Below, one piece after another: positions 55,657-59,720 of a DNA stretch of 59,720 nucleotides. Each line of letters starts with the position of its first letter. Position 1 is the first letter of the stretch. Below the pieces are notes generated by a model. That model had not been told where the DNA came from and made no database searches. It was given only the letters and a program-made list of their open reading frames with translations. The DNA comes from a virus. Taxonomy: Duplodnaviria; Caudoviricetes. The stretch spans positions 1 to 59,720 of IMG/VR virus record IMGVR_UViG_3300045996_001340; one strand, given 5' to 3'. The position numbers and the translations under genes are program-made.

Positions 55657-55820
55657 GGACTAGGAATCTCCTGATGTGCGATGCGAACGCCGTCGAGCCA
55701 TTTACGGCGCGCTCGGCGAAGCTCTGTTCTGATCTCTATCGGATAGTCATGCGCAGCCAGAATCGCCTCGTGGTTCCTCACGAAGGCATCGACATCGGCT
55801 TGCGTCCAAGGTGTTCTCAT
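55653..55820 (-). CDS. 55-aa hypothetical protein (MRTPWTQAD...QEIPSP)
   Basis: Manual translation; ATGA coupling. Confidence 0.55.
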   Translation of the reverse strand: MRTPWTQADVDAFVRNHEAILAAHDYPIEIRTELRRARRKWLDGVRIAHQEIPSP

Positions 55821-55879
55821 GGAGTCACTTCGGGTTGATGTTCGCTTTAATAAGGTCGATCGCTATTAAAGGTTCAGGC

Positions 55880-56072
55880 CATTGGCCTAAAACTGGCAAG
55901 TAGCCATTGCTAAGTCATTGATGTACAGTGTAGCCCAAAGTAGGCCAAAGTCACCGTAACTCGTTGATTTCGTTGAGCTCCCGTACCCTTGACATGGGCA
56001 GGTTTGTGGCACGTAACTCATTGAATTCATTAGCGATCGCACTGGTCACTGTACAAAAGACTGGCCTAAAGC
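55880..56072. other. Probable attP
   Basis: IHF-like sites at 55911, 55957 and 56014; arm-like repeats TGGCCTAAA (x2) and GTAG[CG]CCAAAG (x2); central CCC-TTGACAT-GGG; near the integrase. Confidence 0.7.
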
Positions 56073-56199
56073 TCGACGCTGCACCCGGCACGGCAGGCGC
56101 GGTGGCCGGAATAGAGATCAATCCAGTCGACACCGTGCGGGCAGTGGCCCGTCGGTAACACCTGTGCGCGCGTGATCCAGGTTATCTCCTTCTGAACTG

Positions 56200-56274
56200 G
56201 GGCGGTTAGCTCAGCGGTAGAGCACGTCGTTGACATCGACGGGGTCACAGGTTCAATCCCTGTACCGCCCACCA
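56200..56274 (+). tRNA. tRNA-Val(GAC), full length
   Basis: GGGCGGT/ACCGCCC acceptor, AGCTCAG.GGTAGAGC D-arm, CGTCG-TTGACAT-CGACG anticodon arm, GGTTCAATCC T-arm, ACCA end. Confidence 0.95.
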
Positions 56275-56403
56275 TTCCGAGTGCTTGCTTCGCGGTCAGG
56301 GACAGATCATCGTGGTACTTGCCTTGCGCATCCCAGCCGTACGCTTGGACGCCTGCGTAGAACTGCAACGCTCGTTTGAGTGCGATGATCTTGCCGTGCT
56401 TCG

Positions 56404-56649
56404 TCATACGACCAAGTCCTCGTCCGAAGCAAACGCATGCTCCAAGCCGAACCGTTCGTAGAGCTCGCCGCCGTTGTAAGAGGCGATGCGCAGCAGGTTC
56501 ACTGCGATCTTCTCGAGCTGTTCAACGGTCAGGTCGTCAGCCGCGAGAGTATTGAAAGAGCCGTCGACTGCAACCGAGATGTCGAACTTGCTGCTGTGCT
56601 CGTCCACGTACATAAAATCGCGGATGATCGGGTACTCGGTGCTCATCAC
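56404..56649 (-). CDS. Hypothetical protein
   Basis: Coupled to the integrase stop. Confidence 0.6.
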   Translation of the reverse strand: MMSTEYPIIRDFMYVDEHSSKFDISVAVDGSFNTLAADDLTVEQLEKIAVNLLRIASYNGGELYERFGLEHAFASDEDLVV

Positions 56650-57746
56650 ATGCTCCCGTCGTTCGCCGCCGCGCCGAAGAAAATGTTCGCGTTAGCGGAC
56701 ATCGGTGCGTTGTTCGCCAAAAGGTACTTCGCCATCCAGCTCGGGTTCACGGCGCGCAGCAGGCGCTCTGCTGAGTCAGCGGCGGCGCGCATGTAGTCGG
56801 GGCGGTAGTGCGCGTAGCGCTCCGTCTCGCCGCCCACAGCGTGGCCCAGCGCACCCTTGACGTCCCACTCCGGCACGTTCTCCTTGCGCATCCAGATCGC
56901 GACTGCCTTGCGGATGCCGTAGGCCGTGCCGTTGACGGCCGCGCGCTTGGCGAGGCGTCGGAACGTCATCTTGAACCCCTTCAAAGGGCGGCCGTTCCAC
57001 TGCACGATCGGGCCGAGCGATCGACGCTCGTTCAGGTACGCAAGCGCGGGCGCGCAGACAGGCGCCTTGGCGCGTCGCTTCTTCGTGAGTCGTCGCCCCG
57101 GCACCACATAGTCGGCAACGCCGGTCTGCGCGTTGAGCCGATCCCAGGTCAAGTCCAGTGTGGCACCGGGGCGCGGTGCGGTTGCAAGACAGAGGAGGAA
57201 GAAGAGGCGCTCGTGCTCCGACTGACATGCTTCGGCCAGGCGCTGGAGTTCGGGCAGTTCGAACGGGCGCACGCCATCGCCATCAGTCGCGTTGATCTTG
57301 AGGACCGTCGGCATCGTGGGCAGGTCGCCGTTGTCGACGCACCACTGGATCGCGGCGCGGATGATGCCCATGTTGCGGCGCTGTGTGCCGGCGCTCGGGC
57401 CGAGGAGCTTCGCGAACTGCTTCTGTCGGCCGATCGGCCAGTCGTAGACTCGAGTGTTCGGCTCGTGCTCGACGACGCGCTTCATCGTCGTGCGGATCGA
57501 GTCGGTCTGGAACAGGTGCTGGCCGTGATGCTCCCAGTACAGCAGCATCGCGCCGACCAATGTCATCTGGTCGTTCTGTTCTCGGTTCGGCTTCTTGAGG
57601 ATGAACTGCGCGAGCTTCTGATCGGCGAGCTTGCGATCTGTTGTGCGAGTGCTAGTTCGCTGCCACTGTCCGGTCTTTGGGTCGTAGTCGTGGTAGATGT
57701 ACCAGTTCGGCGAACCGTGACGCTTGTCGATGTAGCTGCGGGACAT
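56646..57746 (-). CDS. int: Tyrosine integrase
   Basis: TAPR (R), K, YGIR (HxxR variant), LGH, catalytic RYAH. Confidence 0.88.
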   Translation of the reverse strand: MSRSYIDKRHGSPNWYIYHDYDPKTGQWQRTSTRTTDRKLADQKLAQFILKKPNREQNDQMTLVGAMLLYWEHHGQHLFQTDSIRTTMKRVVEHEPNTRVYDWPIGRQKQFAKLLGPSAGTQRRNMGIIRAAIQWCVDNGDLPTMPTVLKINATDGDGVRPFELPELQRLAEACQSEHERLFFLLCLATAPRPGATLDLTWDRLNAQTGVADYVVPGRRLTKKRRAKAPVCAPALAYLNERRSLGPIVQWNGRPLKGFKMTFRRLAKRAAVNGTAYGIRKAVAIWMRKENVPEWDVKGALGHAVGGETERYAHYRPDYMRAAADSAERLLRAVNPSWMAKYLLANNAPMSANANIFFGAAANDGSM

Positions 57747-57922
57747 TCTCGTGCCTTCAGGTATTGGCTGACATGCTCTTCAGTGAACCGGATCTTCTTG
57801 CCGGCGAAAGTGTACGACAGCCGGCCGCGGCGCCGTTCGCGCGCAACCGTCTCCTCGTCCACTCCCAGGTAGGCGGCCAGGTCTCTTTCCGTGTACAGCT
57901 TCGGCAATTGCACGACAGTCAT
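57563..57922 (-). CDS. xis: Excisionase-like HTH protein overlapping the int 5' end
   Basis: LYTERDLAAYLGV...TV...RRRGRL...GKKIRF. Confidence 0.78.
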   Translation of the reverse strand: MTVVQLPKLYTERDLAAYLGVDEETVARERRRGRLSYTFAGKKIRFTEEHVSQYLKARECPAATSTSVTVRRTGTSTTTTTQRPDSGSELALAQQIASSPIRSSRSSSSRSRTENRTTR

Positions 57923-58009
57923 AGCTTCTTTGAGCCGGCGAGTCGTGCATATGTTTCGCCACTGATAGGAGAAGTGCGACGGCGATCACGTGCGTTATGA
58001 CCGAGCTGT

Positions 58010-58276
58010 TCATCGACGCGAAGCGATTCGGCCAGACGGCAAGCACGCCAGCATGTATGTCTCGCTGACGACGATTTCGGCCGGACACTTCGTGCAGTTG
58101 CATCGAATGCGATGCCAACGAGAGCCACGGTGGTTCGCTGTAAGCCGACCGATCTTGTCGCGGTATTCGACCTTTGCGGGATCGATGTACGACCACGGCG
58201 TAGGCCATACGCAATCGATCACCTGTCTGAGTGCGTAGCAGTCAGCAACGTGATGCTTGAGAATTTTGTAATTCAC
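58010..58276 (-). CDS. Hypothetical protein
   Basis: GTGA coupling; CN..KCPAE. Confidence 0.55.
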   Translation of the reverse strand: MNYKILKHHVADCYALRQVIDCVWPTPWSYIDPAKVEYRDKIGRLTANHRGSRWHRIRCNCTKCPAEIVVSETYMLACLPSGRIASRR

Positions 58277-58521
58277 GTACTCGGACTCCGGTTCGTCTCA
58301 GGTGGGCACCAATCGCATTTGGTCTGCCCTGGGAAGTGTTTGCACGCTCTCGTTTCCTGTCCTGGCCGCTCACGGGCAATGATCTCGATCACGTCACGTG
58401 CGTCGAGCAGGATCGCTTGCACGGCCTTGTGATCCATCAACTCGGGATTGAACAGCCCGCCAGCCGATAAGTACTCGGTGACGCGCTTCGGCACGTCTCG
58501 ATGCCACGGTTTATCGCTCAC
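58273..58521 (-). CDS. Hypothetical mosaic protein
   Basis: YLSAGGLFNPELMDH module plus Cys tail. Confidence 0.65.
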   Translation of the reverse strand: MSDKPWHRDVPKRVTEYLSAGGLFNPELMDHKAVQAILLDARDVIEIIARERPGQETRACKHFPGQTKCDWCPPETNRSPST

Positions 58522-58762
58522 TAGGAATCTCTCCCAACCTAGCTACAAGCGCTTCGACGCCTTCGTTCAGGTGACCGATGACGCGCTCGTTGGTCAGCTC
58601 CGCATTGCTAGCGTCGTACTCGACGAGCGCGGCGTCGTGCCCCTTCCAGAAGTTGAGCGATTCCCGTAGTTCCTTGGGAGTCGCGGGAATGCACGCCTCA
58701 AGGACTGCTGCGTCCTCGGTGTCGGTCATCGCGCGACCGTCGTAAATGATGTAGCCCTTCAC
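58511..58762 (-). CDS. Hypothetical protein
   Basis: YIIYDGRA..D..DA.V; ends GEIPSER. Confidence 0.65.
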   Translation of the reverse strand: MKGYIIYDGRAMTDTEDAAVLEACIPATPKELRESLNFWKGHDAALVEYDASNAELTNERVIGHLNEGVEALVARLGEIPSER

Positions 58763-59619
58763 GTGGCGGCCCCCATGTGCGGGCAGTGCATATCGTGCTC
58801 GTCGCAGTTACAGCGAGACGGTTCCTTCGTTGGAGCGTTCACATACGGCTGAAGCTCTGAGCGTAGCCACGCCAAGAAGCTGTCGAGCGTGACGCTCGGT
58901 TCGGGTTCGGCCCACGCGGCGACGGCGATGTCATCCAGAATCGCGCGCATCTGCGCGACTTCCGGCGGTTGTCCTGCTCTCGCGTAGAGCGGGATGACCG
59001 TCCAGCGTTCGCTGTCGTGGTGGTCGGATTCGCGCCATTTGCCGTGCGACACTTCGTGGCGTCCGTCAGGAAACACGCGGGCCCAGCCCATCGGCTCTGT
59101 AGCCGCGGGCGGTTGAGCGGGTTCAGCAATGACCGCGTGCGCTTCAGACTTCCCAAGCGCGCCGCAGGGCTCCCAGCACTGCGACTCATCGTGAGCCGGC
59201 GGTTGTCCGGCTCTGGCAGTGCATTGGAGCGCGTGAACGACGTGACACCCCGGCAGGCATTGCACTGGCTTCGGTTCGTGTCCGGTTACACGGTTCTCAG
59301 CGAAGACTCTCGCCGCCCATCGAACCAGCGCGTCCGGATGGTCTGGCTTTAGATAGGTTCCGAAATGCAGCAAGACTTTCCGCGCCTCGCGCAAGTGATC
59401 TGTGACGCTGCGCCGCGCCCATCCGTCTGACCACGGTCCGTCTTCTTCGCCTGGGCCGTCATCGTCCGCAAGCAGTGCCGTTTCGCGGATGATCGTCCGC
59501 AAGCGCTCGATCTCGTCGGCGGCACGATGGCAAAGCAGGTCGCCTAGTTCCGCCGTACCGCGCCCGTGTCTCTTACGAAGCTCGCTGCACAGGTCTTTCG
59601 ATGGCAATAGCTCAGACAT
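58759..59619 (-). CDS. Mosaic multi-module early protein (Ea22/Ead-like organisation)
   Basis: AADEIERLR plus modules separated by RAGQPP/PAQPP linkers. Confidence 0.72.
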   Translation of the reverse strand: MSELLPSKDLCSELRKRHGRGTAELGDLLCHRAADEIERLRTIIRETALLADDDGPGEEDGPWSDGWARRSVTDHLREARKVLLHFGTYLKPDHPDALVRWAARVFAENRVTGHEPKPVQCLPGCHVVHALQCTARAGQPPAHDESQCWEPCGALGKSEAHAVIAEPAQPPAATEPMGWARVFPDGRHEVSHGKWRESDHHDSERWTVIPLYARAGQPPEVAQMRAILDDIAVAAWAEPEPSVTLDSFLAWLRSELQPYVNAPTKEPSRCNCDEHDMHCPHMGAAT

Positions 59620-59720
59620 GAAGGCTCTCCATTCGCGGCATCTCGCTCTCTTTATCGGGCAGGTGACGCTTGCGCAGGAACCACGGCTCGACGATCAATT
59701 CGTCACCATCGAGGGCGCAA
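59594..59720 (+). repeat. Exact 127-bp copy of 816-942 (probable k=127 assembly overlap closing the circle)
   Basis: Base-by-base identity from TCTTTCGATGGC to GAGGGCGCAA; the bases immediately upstream differ (C815 vs G59593). Confidence 0.93.

Larger units (their letters stand above)
816..59593. mobile_element. Complete temperate podovirus-like phage genome in excised/circular form
   Basis: Full packaging, head, tail, lysis, replication and integrase modules. The window end 59594-59720 equals 816-942. No host genes are seen. Confidence 0.92.

Noticed and set aside
55989-55994. TTGACA as the -35 of a tRNA promoter
   Set aside because: No good -10 lies at 16-18 bp, and the site is better explained as the att core.
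56066-56407. 113-aa minus-strand ORF across the tRNA-Val
   Set aside because: Its middle is the antisense translation of the tRNA (VGGTGIEPVT). Only the first 45 or so codons may be a real gene, so it is not called.
59594-59720. Biological direct terminal repeat
   Set aside because: The match is to an internal position (816), falls mid-gene and is exactly 127 nt, a common assembler k-mer.

Overview
The window is essentially one complete GC-rich temperate podophage genome (about 58.8 kb, positions 816-59593). The last 127 nt repeat 816-942 exactly, which suggests an assembly circularisation overlap; 1-815 then reads as an alternative strain allele of the same early locus. The + strand block (6.3-36.6 kb) holds a structured leader with tRNA-Tyr and tRNA-Trp, terminase, T7-type portal, scaffold and capsid. 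It continues with an 8.4 kb inserted fibre/adhesin and glycan-modification module, adaptor and nozzle, ejection proteins (one with an ART-like polyvalent domain), a tailspike and a lysis cassette. The - strand block holds GNAT, SNF2 helicase, RNA ligase, VRR-NUC, an ECF sigma factor, PolA (Leu762), two NUMOD4-HNH endonucleases, SSB, DUF2800 nuclease, a phosphoesterase, primase-helicase, attP with a complete tRNA-Val, integrase/excisionase and mosaic early genes. No phage RNA polymerase or CI-like repressor was recognised. The most interesting signals are: (1) a genome-wide GTTCCG/CGGAAC operator system, with exact copies inside genes; (2) an attP whose core mimics the tRNA-Val anticodon loop, next to a full-length replacement tRNA; (3) a W-L-[E/D] peptide tag on the termini of many unrelated proteins; (4) a repeat-scaffolded fibre module with shared docking peptides and adjacent glycosylation enzymes; (5) junction microhomologies that may shuffle early genes. 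All family calls come from motif recognition by eye, not database searches.
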